This document shows, piece after piece, positions 56,501 to 64,000 of a stretch of DNA of 64,000 nucleotides (positions within the stretch are counted from its first letter, which is position 1; each line of letters starts with the position of its first letter). The DNA lies in the NCBI GenBank assembly GCA_041178425.1, contig JBEGVH010000021.1, forward strand, positions 1-64,000. Direction: 5' to 3'. A model generated the notes under the pieces. That model was not told the origin of the DNA. It saw nothing but the letters and a program-made list of their open reading frames with translations, and ran no database searches. The translations under genes were made by a program, and so were the position numbers. This DNA comes from Pseudomonadota bacterium. GTDB taxonomy: Bacteria > Bdellovibrionota > Bdellovibrionia > Bdellovibrionales > Bdellovibrionaceae.

Positions 56501-59500
56501 GACGCTGTTGAGCAAGCTGACTCCACATTGCTAAGATCTTTGACTTTGGCGTAAAACGTTCTATCGCCGTCGCCGGTCAGATTGACCGTCACCAACGCCG
56601 AACCATTACCAGATGAAACGGCTTGAGCTACCGCCGAACCCGTGCATGCCGAATCGGTGTAAACAAGTGCTGTGTACCCCGTCATCACCCCTGAAACATT
56701 CACTCCCACAGGGTTTTTATTATCAACGGCATTGAAACCGGCATCTAAACTGAGCCCGATGACATAATTCACTGAAAGAGCCTTATTAAAAGCAAGCGAA
56801 CCTGTCGTGCCTGGCGCAGGCAAGGTCAAAACGCCAATATTTCCGGCGCTGTCTTTGACTGTCGCAGAACCTAACGACAGCGCTGATGTTGAAACGTAAT
56901 CTAAGTCACGAGCCAGATCGCTCGAAACTAGAGTGTACTGAAACTTTAATCGATTAGATCCGGTGCCTGAAATATACTGAGCCGTTCTAGTGACTCCGTT
57001 AAAATCTAGATCAATAGTAAGACCGGTTCCTGTCACGTCAACGGCTTCACTGAAGTCGACCGAAACATCGATGGTCGCGCCAGTGGAATGATTGCCATCG
57101 GCCGTGGTGCTGGTGACCGAGGTCACTGTGGGAACTTGGGTATCATACTGATAAGAAACATTGGCGGTAGAACAACTAGACGAAGCGCCTTGAAGATCAA
57201 AGATTTTAGCATAGAAGGTGTAGGCTCCATTCGTGGCCAATGGCACCGACACTGTTACGGATCCCCCTGCGCTCGCGACCGCCTCTGCTTTGTAGACTGT
57301 GCAGGCGTTATCACTATAGATTTTGGCTGTGTGCCCGTTCATCACACTAGAAACTACCACATTTACGGGGCTCTTTGTATCAACGGCATTAAAACCGTTG
57401 GCGAGCGCAAGTCCTAAATTATGATTCACGGAAATTGCTTTATTCACGCCCAGAGAGTTCGCCGCACCGGGCGCTGCTAAAGTCAGAGTCGCATCATTAC
57501 CAGCGGAATCTTTTATGGAGGCAGAACCAAGTACTAACGCCGTCGTCGATTCATAATCGAGATCACTGGAGAAGTCTCCATTCGCAATCATATACTGGAA
57601 CTGCAAAGTCGATGTTCCAGTACCAGATACATAGCTTGCAGCCTTGGTTGTGCCGTTCATGTTGAGGTTAAGAACAAGGCCAGTTCCTGCCACCGTCACC
57701 GCTTCACTAAACACAACACTCACATTCAATACAGAGCCTTCGGTATAATTCCCGTTGGCGCTCGAACTCGTCACATTCGCGACCGTCGGTGCTTGTCTAT
57801 CTAAGGTGTATGAAACGCCGCTCGTCGTACAATTGCTGCTGTTACCTTGAGTGTCTAAAACTTTCGCGTAGAATTGATGAAGTCCATCTCCACTTAGATT
57901 TACAGAAAAGGATACTGTTCCTCCTGCCGCTGCAACCGCTTGTTGAACAAACTGCGTACACGAGTTGTCGGAGTAAACTTTGGCAGTTTGTCCTACCATG
58001 ACTCCACCAACGGTCAACTCCAATGGGTTTTTGTTGTCGGTCGTATTAAATCCGGCATTTAAATGAATGGAAAGATTATAGTTAACAGTAATCGCTTTGT
58101 TTGCGCCCAAAGAACCCGCAGCCCCAGGCTCTGCCAAGGTTGTATTTGCATTATTGCCGATGGAATCTTTAAGAGTCGATGAACCCAAATCAAGTGCCGT
58201 CGTTGAAACGTAATCGAGATCGTTGGTAAAATCTCCGGCTACTGTCAGATACTGAAAATAAAGAGTCTCAGTTCCAGATCCAGACAGATAAGTTGCCGCT
58301 CTCGAAGTGCCATTCATATTTAGATTCAGAACCAGTCCGGAACCAGCAACAACGACGGGCTCATTAAAGGTAACAGCAATATTTAAAAAAGAACCCGTCG
58401 AGTAAGATCCGTTGGGATTGGCACTCGTCACACCAATGACTGCCGGACCAGTTTGGTCAAAATGGTACGCCACTGTAGAAGGAAAGCAATTTGACTCAGC
58501 ACCCGAAGGCCGAGCGATCTTAGCGTAAAAATTGTGAGTGCCCTCGGTAGACAAATTAACAGGGACCAGAGCCAGCCCGCCTGATAGAGCCGTCGCCTGA
58601 GCCACCGATGAAGTCGAACAACTAGAATCAGTATATAGTTTGGCCGTGTGGCCGGTCATCACCCCTGTCACTTTGACTGTCAGAGGATTTTTATTGTCAC
58701 TCGAATTAAAACCTGAGCCCAACGATAAGGTAACAGAATCATTAACGCCAATCTCTTTATTGTTGGCCAAAGAGCCGACAGCACCCGGAAGAGGAAGTGT
58801 TGTTACTCCGGTATTTCCAGCTTCGTCGGCAATTTGAGCCGAACCTAAAACCAATGCAGCATTTGAACTGTAATCAAGATCACTGGTAAAATCAGTGAGT
58901 GTTGTAATATATTCGAATTGAAGAGTGTTGGTGCCACTTCCCGAAACATAGCTAGCTATCTTATTGGTGCCATTAAAATCGAGGCTTAACGTTAGGCCAG
59001 ATCCCGTCACAAAAACCGGTTCACTAAATTCTACTGCCACGTTAATCCTACTTGCGGCGAGATAGGAGCCGTCGGGTGTTGTACTTGTAACGTTCGTAAT
59101 AGTTGGCGCTACGGTATCTAATGTATATCCTACAGATTCCGTCGAACAACTCGACTCAATATTATCACTCCCTGTGGTTTTTGCGTAAAATATTCTTGCT
59201 CCATCGCTACCAAGAGGGATGCTAATGACGGTGCTTCCTCCAGCGCTTGCCGACACTTCCGCCACTTTAGCGGTGCAATCAGAATCAGTGAAGAGTTTGA
59301 TCGTTGTTCCCGACATCACTCCGGTCACTTTGACATCCACGGGATCTTTACTATCCACAGGATTGAAGCCAGGAGCCAGGGTTAAACCAAAAAAGTAATT
59401 GACCTTAATATCCTTATTCGCTCGGAGAGAGCCCGAACCAGCAGGAGCGGGTAAAACGATAACGGCATCATAGCCGGCAAGATCACGAATGGTCGCCGAA

Positions 59501-62358
59501 CCTTTGGAAAGAGCGTTGATCGATGTGTAATCTAAATCAGGACTCAAATCACTGGCGTCAACGGTATATTGAAAATGGAGTGTGTCGGTGCCACTTCCAT
59601 TAAAGTAGGTGGCGTAACGTGTAGGCCCGTTCACATCGAGAGCTACCGTTACTCCACTCCCCGCTACATACACAGGCTCACTAAAAACAACAGAGACATC
59701 GATGGTTGAGCCGGTAGAGTAGGAATCATTCGCTGATGAGCTAGTCACACTCAGAGCAATCGGAGAGCCGGTATCAAGGCGGTAATTGATCGAAGAAATA
59801 GAACAGGGACTCGCTCCAGAGTTGAGATCAAAACTCTTGGCATAGAAGGTACGAGGTCCGTCTCCGGTTAAATTTACCGAAATATCAGCAATTCCTCCAC
59901 CAGAAGAAACCGCATATCCCACATCGGTGTTACATGTTGCATCCGAGTAAACATGGGCTGTGTAGCCCGTCATCACCCCTGTTACTCTCACAACCACCGG
60001 GTTTTTATTGTCGATGGAATTAGTTCCGGGCCCCAAAGACAGCAGTAATACATGATTAACCGCAATCTCTTTATTAGCACCCAGAGATCCAGCGCCACCC
60101 GGACTGGCTAGAGTTGTGTCGGCTGCATTCCCGACTGCATCTTTCAACGTTGCGGAGCCGAGCGAGAGTGCCGCCGTTGATTGATAGTCGACATCGACGG
60201 TGAAGTCACCGCTCACGATGGTGTATTCAAAGTGAAGCGTGTCGGTACCAGATCCCGAAACATATTGAGCTGATCGGATTGAACCATTGAGGTTGAGCGC
60301 TAGAGTAGCGCCGGTTCCCACCAAATTGACTGGCTCTGAAAAACTAACCGAAACATCAATGGTGGATCCGTTACCGTATGCCCCATTAGGAGTAGAGCTC
60401 GCCACATTAGTCACTGTTGGTACCGTAGTATCGAGTTGATAACTCACCGACCCCAACGAACAACTGGTTTCCACCCCAGCGATGGACCTAATTTTTGAAT
60501 AAAAGGTCCAAGAGCCATCAGAGGGAACGTTGAACGATACCGTCGCAAAACCACCACCACTGGAGGTCGCTTCTCCCAAATAATTGGAACAACTATTATC
60601 TGAAAATATTTTAGCAACAAAATTCTTCATCACACCCGTCACCTTGACGGAGAGAGGATTTTTATTATCAATCGCACTAAAGCCCGCTGCCAAAGACAAG
60701 CTCACTGATGCATTAACCAGGATCTCCTTATTGTAGCTAAGAGACCCCATCGCCCCCGGGGTAGGTAAAGAGATTTGAGCGAGATTTCCCGCTAAATCTC
60801 TGATCGTGGCCGAGCCTAATTGCAGGGAATTCGTGGATTCATAGTCTAGGTCGCTCGTAAAATCATTAAACTGTAACAAGTATTGAAAGTGTAAAGTACT
60901 TGTACCCGAACCAGACACGTAAGTGGCTGACTGCGGAGTTCCATTCATATCTAATACCAGTGTCGCTCCCGAACCGACTACATTGACCGTCTCATTAAAG
61001 TTAACAGAAACATCAATGAGTGCGCCCGTCGTGTAGCTTCCGTCGATGGTCGAACTGGTTACACTGCTTACCGTTGGCGCTTGAGTGTCATAGGTATAAC
61101 CCACAGTGGCCGTTGAACAACCCGATGAAAGATTAGCCGTATCAGTCACTTGGGCATAAAAATCAAAGTGTCCATTGGAGCCTAAAGTGACCGGAAGAAC
61201 CACGTGGCCTTCAGTTCCTACCGCGCCTTGCGCAACTTCCGTCGAGCAGGATACGTCTGTATACAAATGCACCGTATCTCCTGGAACAGAAGCGTTCACC
61301 ACCACACTGATGGGGTTTTGAGTGTCGATTGGCAAAAGACCACTACCGAGCGTGAGAGACGTGGGAGTTTTTGGTACGCTGTTATCATAAAAGATTTGGT
61401 CTGTTGAACAGGTCGAGACGTTTCCAACCGCATCTCTGAAATTAATTGAGATGGTTCGCTGACCAACATCGGGGAGTTCCCACGATTTGCTAGTTTGGTA
61501 GGCCTCCCAAACACCTGGGCCCGTGCAATCATCAGTATTGTTTATCTTCATTTCTGATGGCGAACCATTGGCGCTCAGATTTAAGGTTACCGTTGCCGAC
61601 GTTGTTTGAATCGCACCGTTATTTATCGCAAGGCTCCCTCCCGCAGGAGCAGTGCTATCCTGTACGATGGAATCAGAGAAACAAGATGATTCATTATCGG
61701 CAAGATCTTTTAACTTAACGTAAGCCGTATTTGTTGTATCTATCGCAGCCAAGGCAAAGGTGCTTGTTCTGAACTCAGAAAAAGGTCTCCAAACTCCGCC
61801 AGAAGCACAACCAGAAACGTTCGTAATATAGATAAAGTCGGGAGCGACATTCGTTCTGCTACCTAGAACCATGCTACCCAAGACCGAGAGAGACACTTGG
61901 GTAGCTGCTGTTTCCTGCGCACCAGATTCTAGAATCGCCGAAAGAGAGCTCATATCAAAGGAGGGAGCAACAAATTCAATCTTAGTTGGATCGGTTTCTT
62001 TTTCTTCGTTGTCGACAATCTTTAGCATGGCTGAAACGATTGGCCACGAACTCGTACCACTAGATGAAACCGCATGAACCACCGAACAGTTTCCGTTGGC
62101 ATAGTTGAGGCTGGCCGTTTTCACCCAACTTTGCCCATCGTCAAAACTAATCATTAAATCTCGAGAATTAGGCTGACAGGAAACTTCGTATTTGGCTTCG
62201 TGAGTCGTTGAGTTAACACGAATAGATTCCGTGGCCTCCCCATATTGGGAAACCGAAAAGGTAGGATAGCTCAGCTTCAACGAGTCAAGGACCGTTGATG
62301 CCTCGGTGCAACCTACCAATACATAAATGCTGAATAACCCTAAAACCTTTCGCAGCAT
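50596..62358 (-). CDS. Giant (3920 aa) surface lipoprotein: 12 tandem ~220-aa Ig-like double repeats, Calx-beta-like domain, RCC1 beta-propellers
   Basis: Lipobox LVGC. Twelve DTxxPTVxxVTS...VSVxFSEPV...LHFxY...DLDY units from about 61100 to 53500. CWGxNxxGQLG RCC1 repeats from about 52750 to 50620. Confidence 0.9.
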   Translation of the reverse strand: MLRKVLGLFSIYVLVGCTEASTVLDSLKLSYPTFSVSQYGEATESIRVNSTTHEAKYEVSCQPNSRDLMISFDDGQSWVKTASLNYANGNCSVVHAVSSSGTSSWPIVSAMLKIVDNEEKETDPTKIEFVAPSFDMSSLSAILESGAQETAATQVSLSVLGSMVLGSRTNVAPDFIYITNVSGCASGGVWRPFSEFRTSTFALAAIDTTNTAYVKLKDLADNESSCFSDSIVQDSTAPAGGSLAINNGAIQTTSATVTLNLSANGSPSEMKINNTDDCTGPGVWEAYQTSKSWELPDVGQRTISINFRDAVGNVSTCSTDQIFYDNSVPKTPTSLTLGSGLLPIDTQNPISVVVNASVPGDTVHLYTDVSCSTEVAQGAVGTEGHVVLPVTLGSNGHFDFYAQVTDTANLSSGCSTATVGYTYDTQAPTVSSVTSSTIDGSYTTGALIDVSVNFNETVNVVGSGATLVLDMNGTPQSATYVSGSGTSTLHFQYLLQFNDFTSDLDYESTNSLQLGSATIRDLAGNLAQISLPTPGAMGSLSYNKEILVNASVSLSLAAGFSAIDNKNPLSVKVTGVMKNFVAKIFSDNSCSNYLGEATSSGGGFATVSFNVPSDGSWTFYSKIRSIAGVETSCSLGSVSYQLDTTVPTVTNVASSTPNGAYGNGSTIDVSVSFSEPVNLVGTGATLALNLNGSIRSAQYVSGSGTDTLHFEYTIVSGDFTVDVDYQSTAALSLGSATLKDAVGNAADTTLASPGGAGSLGANKEIAVNHVLLLSLGPGTNSIDNKNPVVVRVTGVMTGYTAHVYSDATCNTDVGYAVSSGGGIADISVNLTGDGPRTFYAKSFDLNSGASPCSISSINYRLDTGSPIALSVTSSSANDSYSTGSTIDVSVVFSEPVYVAGSGVTVALDVNGPTRYATYFNGSGTDTLHFQYTVDASDLSPDLDYTSINALSKGSATIRDLAGYDAVIVLPAPAGSGSLRANKDIKVNYFFGLTLAPGFNPVDSKDPVDVKVTGVMSGTTIKLFTDSDCTAKVAEVSASAGGSTVISIPLGSDGARIFYAKTTGSDNIESSCSTESVGYTLDTVAPTITNVTSTTPDGSYLAASRINVAVEFSEPVFVTGSGLTLSLDFNGTNKIASYVSGSGTNTLQFEYITTLTDFTSDLDYSSNAALVLGSAQIADEAGNTGVTTLPLPGAVGSLANNKEIGVNDSVTLSLGSGFNSSDNKNPLTVKVTGVMTGHTAKLYTDSSCSTSSVAQATALSGGLALVPVNLSTEGTHNFYAKIARPSGAESNCFPSTVAYHFDQTGPAVIGVTSANPNGSYSTGSFLNIAVTFNEPVVVAGSGLVLNLNMNGTSRAATYLSGSGTETLYFQYLTVAGDFTNDLDYVSTTALDLGSSTLKDSIGNNANTTLAEPGAAGSLGANKAITVNYNLSIHLNAGFNTTDNKNPLELTVGGVMVGQTAKVYSDNSCTQFVQQAVAAAGGTVSFSVNLSGDGLHQFYAKVLDTQGNSSNCTTSGVSYTLDRQAPTVANVTSSSANGNYTEGSVLNVSVVFSEAVTVAGTGLVLNLNMNGTTKAASYVSGTGTSTLQFQYMIANGDFSSDLDYESTTALVLGSASIKDSAGNDATLTLAAPGAANSLGVNKAISVNHNLGLALANGFNAVDTKSPVNVVVSSVMNGHTAKIYSDNACTVYKAEAVASAGGSVTVSVPLATNGAYTFYAKIFDLQGASSSCSTANVSYQYDTQVPTVTSVTSTTADGNHSTGATIDVSVDFSEAVDVTGTGLTIDLDFNGVTRTAQYISGTGSNRLKFQYTLVSSDLARDLDYVSTSALSLGSATVKDSAGNIGVLTLPAPGTTGSLAFNKALSVNYVIGLSLDAGFNAVDNKNPVGVNVSGVMTGYTALVYTDSACTGSAVAQAVSSGNGSALVTVNLTGDGDRTFYAKVKDLSNVESACSTASVGYRLDTGGPTVANVTSTNADGNFETGDLIDVSVTFTEPVTVVGSGVTLGLNLNGNLRSAIYSSGSGTDTLHFNYFPSVDDFTTELEYSATSAINRRTATIKDAAGYNAILTLPTMGAAGSLGYNKNIKINTNVGITLAPGVNAKDNDNPVNVVVSGVMTGATAKVYTESTCTNKVGEAVSSGNRTATVSVSLTGDGARTFYAQVRDIDNSDTACSTASVNYELDTQRPIVTNVTSALADGSYSTGTLIDVSITFDEVVSVTGTGLALALDFNGGARSASYSSGSGTNTLHFQYITVAADFTNDLDYGSTSALTLGTSSVTDGVGNLAILTLPAPGTLGSLSANKAIASNDTLALSLASGYNSLDDEDPVNVNVYGVMNGYMAKLYTDTACSIEAGSVVAGSGGTATVQVDLTGDGLRTFRARVFNGSNTEIKGCSVSTVDYTLDTGGPSVINITSTKANGYYTTGELIDISVTFGEVVYVTGSDLQLSMNLNGTHQAAPYVSGSGTDTLHFQYTASVGDFSNDLEYSSTTALNLGSGAIRDLFGYDATTTLPVPGAANSLSANKTIAVNFTVGLTLAAGVTATDTKDPVDIVVSGVMTGQQAEVYTEVSCTNLVGTGTSTGLGQATVSADLPGDGAYTLYAKIVGIDGGSTTCSQASVNYTLNTSQPTITNVTSSSTNKNYSAYELIDISVTFSDPVTVTGDSLALNLNLNGTTVAAPYNSGSGTATLRFSYFVRPGDLSNDLDYVDTSAMTLGTSTVKNALGTNANLTLPAPGAANSLGDNKSISVNHVQTLALGSGIAAVDSKTAITVRVNNVMNNWTAKVFTDSNCSTSAGQVTAGSSGYADVSFNLAGDGLRTFYAQVVSPGGTSSACSVNSVTYTLDTADPTITNVTSTTSDGEYNASAVVNVSVTFSEPVTVTGTDLKLKLKLYDDVEAFATYASGSGTSTLHFNYMVESSHMSADLDYFDVNSLIATSTTVRDSLNHNASLTLPTPGGAGSLAANKDIKLNYTVTASKIVPPPAATYYLNDVVEFVVYWNRPVVVTGSPVLSVQFATPATVVDFTYDSARSTSRESRFTYTVAASDLDLNGVELTAITGGAINNVFSAAATTTLPSGYTQFADVRVNGVAKPQVSLSNAVIELTENGGSGNVALSLLASASEALTVGLKAFPLAGILSTEYNFSSLSKAINSGVTSETLGFTVTDDGATSGLKLFSVQARSTTLGGISTSSAVSLVAVHDDEFGAGETVTMVASGTSHICVLLNSGKVMCHGSNSSGQLGNGTTTAVTGAQTAIASGATKIYAAADMTCAVLSDNTAKCWGANNYGQLGIGSTTNTGTPTAVRTSGADPTALANVQELSVSGTGACAIYTYLGDRRLKCWGQNNNGQVGDGTTTDQTSPVAVLGSADPIKAVATSFTHTCASTTVNTKLYCWGSNTYGALGLGGGACTGSCASPQLVTSSVDFAMLAVDNHSTCGLKLTSTNPDRGDVYCWGSNAYGQLGNGTTTNGNAIPGTAVSWGSGSLAKATKIYSSHYANGSFCADLDTPKTVCWGYNDGEFASTGNKTSPVETRFSAKVSKSSTMTCGASATGVVSCVNSPSAMRRALFADERRLVPQESLEDTPSLVSMSGKLNCFTASDSKVRCLTTSTTVTYVGDGTLGQRNNPVQIPSTNVADLATNSKGGCYVDTGGVLRCWGENYIGDGSSANTASATPTFVSADVAKVKSATTTDGTNSYNTACMLKTDGSLWCWGYNNGMFGLGNTTSATKPTKIYDKDVVDFAVSSDFMCAIVGTVIKCAGAGTQGQLGDDNETDSTVAVEAFNPFAGTKPVQISSGDQFACARFDDNSLRCWGKGSEGQLGNSKVLNNTYPKKINNLAIKNFAVGLAHVCAITSSNELKCFGLNSSGQLGTNNTTNANAPSAAILTSVTKVWLGDDSTCAVASGIFKCWGANTGLFSHRPSASTLIPVPGLQY

Positions 62359-62368
62359 AACTATTTAG

Positions 62369-62396
62369 GTATCGGCTAGATCTTTTGGCTGCTTTA
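62369..62396 (-). promoter_or_regulatory. Putative sigma28 promoter of the giant lipoprotein
   Basis: TAAAG-N15-GCCGATAC on the minus strand, 10 nt upstream of the ATG. Confidence 0.7.
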
Positions 62397-62620
62397 ATTC
62401 AAATCATTCAAAAATGAGACTTCTTGATATTTTGTCAAAATCTTTAACAAAAAAACTGTTTTTCCTGCGGCTCTAACAGCCACCGGGACCCACCAGTCTG
62501 TCTTTTTATGAATCGTCCTTTGTTTCAAAAAAAATCACTGCGCCCGATCTGTTACAGGTCGAAACAAATAGCTCCTATTTTTAGATAAACAAAAAGACTC
62601 CGCCTATAATAGGGCGTGGA

Positions 62621-63913
62621 GTGAAGATGCGAAATCAACTGAGGGAAGGGAAACGCCATTATTGGAGAAGGGTCGCTGTTTTTCTAGTCGTTTTTGGAAC
62701 GACTGGGCTTCTCTTATTTTCATTTCAGAATTTTACAAAAAACTCTACCCAAGAGGGAAAAATCGATAGCCTCAGCTCAGCTCCCACACAAGATATTCAA
62801 TCTTGGTCGCGGGGCTTAGATCCCCTCCTTAATAACGCGCTTTCCGCCATCGACGTCAAATACTCTCCCCTTTTATCGAGTTTAGCCAAATGCCCAGGTC
62901 GTAGTCGCGAACTTAAAATTGAAAGTTTACGGACAAAAATGGATCTCTTGCGTTCGAGCTTTTATACTAATCTACCATTGGCGGGGATTAATGCATCACA
63001 CGCTTTTCTTTCGGAAAGCGCTAAAACTCTAACGCTCCTTTCAAATGAACTCTCAGCGATCCCGCGACCCGAAGTGCACGTGATTGCTATGCACGAGCCC
63101 AGAGAAAAAGGAGCGCACCCCGTGCGCATCTTAGTCACTGGGCATGGGACTGGAGTTTTACTTCTCTCCTCCTACGAAAGCGCTCACTTTGAGGTTGAGG
63201 TCAATCCTGGGGCCACCCTTAAGCGGGTTATCGTCCATGGTTACAAAAACCATAAGATTTCTGGTGTCGATATCTCTATCATTGAAAGACGCGACAACCC
63301 AAACGCTTTCAAGATAAGCGCCTACAACACCGACTACGCAAAGGCCCTTCTGGATTTTTTTATGTCTGAGGAAACTCGCCAAACGGGTACTTGCCTTGAT
63401 TTTACAATGGCAAGTCACCAAGGTGCATATTCGGGCACAACCGCTCCGAACGGAATCTACACAGTGAACTTAGCTCATTCCCCTTCGACCAATGAAATAC
63501 CAATGATGATCTCGCTCACTATTAATGGTGAGTGTCTTACTCAGGATTCTATTCGCGGAGGGGGCCAATACCCAGATCAGTCGCGAGAATCATGCATCAG
63601 TAAGTGTAAGGATTTTTTTAATAGCGCATCCGCCTTAGCTAAAGTGTATGACTGTCGCTTTTTAGCTTCAAATAAGGACGAGGTTGTTCTCTCTGGACGA
63701 GCGCCTCTTGCCCAGTCAAGCACCAACGGACAATGTGTGACTCAAGACTCAATTCGTGGCGGAAAAAGATTTTCAATAAAAAATCGCAAAGCATGTATCA
63801 GTGAATGTAAAGAGTTTCTCTCAGAAGCTTCCCCAATTGCTCGCGTATACGATTGCAGAATGGTCTCTGCGGGCAAAGAAGAAATTGTTTTGCCCGGCCG
63901 AACCGCTCTCTAA
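62621..63913 (+). CDS. Membrane-anchored or secreted hypothetical protein with duplicated Cys-rich C-terminal module
   Basis: Hydrophobic segment ending LFSFQNF, LLLSSYE domain, and two NGxCxTQDSIRGG...CISxCK...VYDCR repeats. Confidence 0.7.
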   Translation: MKMRNQLREGKRHYWRRVAVFLVVFGTTGLLLFSFQNFTKNSTQEGKIDSLSSAPTQDIQSWSRGLDPLLNNALSAIDVKYSPLLSSLAKCPGRSRELKIESLRTKMDLLRSSFYTNLPLAGINASHAFLSESAKTLTLLSNELSAIPRPEVHVIAMHEPREKGAHPVRILVTGHGTGVLLLSSYESAHFEVEVNPGATLKRVIVHGYKNHKISGVDISIIERRDNPNAFKISAYNTDYAKALLDFFMSEETRQTGTCLDFTMASHQGAYSGTTAPNGIYTVNLAHSPSTNEIPMMISLTINGECLTQDSIRGGGQYPDQSRESCISKCKDFFNSASALAKVYDCRFLASNKDEVVLSGRAPLAQSSTNGQCVTQDSIRGGKRFSIKNRKACISECKEFLSEASPIARVYDCRMVSAGKEEIVLPGRTAL

Positions 63914-64000
63914 ATTAATCTTGAGTGGGATCTTTTTCTCTCATACCTGCAATATCCGGCACACCCAGTAATTGATTGATCTTGCCCGCTACTTCATGGA

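Noticed and set aside
1..64000. CRISPR array, tRNA, rRNA, integrase/transposase or reverse transcriptase (DGR)
   Set aside because: No regularly spaced repeat-spacer array, cloverleaf, rRNA-like tract, or DDE/tyrosine recombinase/RT motif was recognised. HNH copy differences are not adenine-specific as DGR mutagenesis would predict.

Overview
Bacterial chromosomal window, most likely from a Bdellovibrionota (Bdellovibrio-like predator). This is inferred from three phage-tail-fibre-like mosaic adhesive trimer (MAT-type) genes, the lexA-imuA-imuB-dnaE2 cassette, many secreted hypothetical proteins, and sigma28/sigma54-type promoters. The left part (1-30 kb) is an accessory surface region: three fibre genes, four small secreted partner genes (three fibrinogen-like, one broken), a full and a truncated copy of an HNH element tied to a recurring short DNA motif, an MNT-HEPN pair and the SOS mutagenesis cassette. 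The middle (30-45 kb) is mostly housekeeping: sufE, CCA-adding enzyme, queG, HD-GYP, a PMT-type glycosyltransferase, hutG, htpG and an MltB-like enzyme. The right part (45-62 kb) holds a 3920-aa repetitive RCC1-tipped lipoprotein followed by a FecR-like / FN3-beta-barrel / degenerate class III cyclase operon. The most notable observations are a repeated [HNH <- | -> fibrinogen-like partner -> fibre] cassette, a shared sigma28 promoter plus TGTCTCA-N3-TGAGACA palindrome architecture, a candidate new LexA operator, and several enzymes or signalling proteins with rewired catalytic residues. No rRNA, tRNA or CRISPR array was recognised. All calls come from reading the sequence by eye; no database searches were run.
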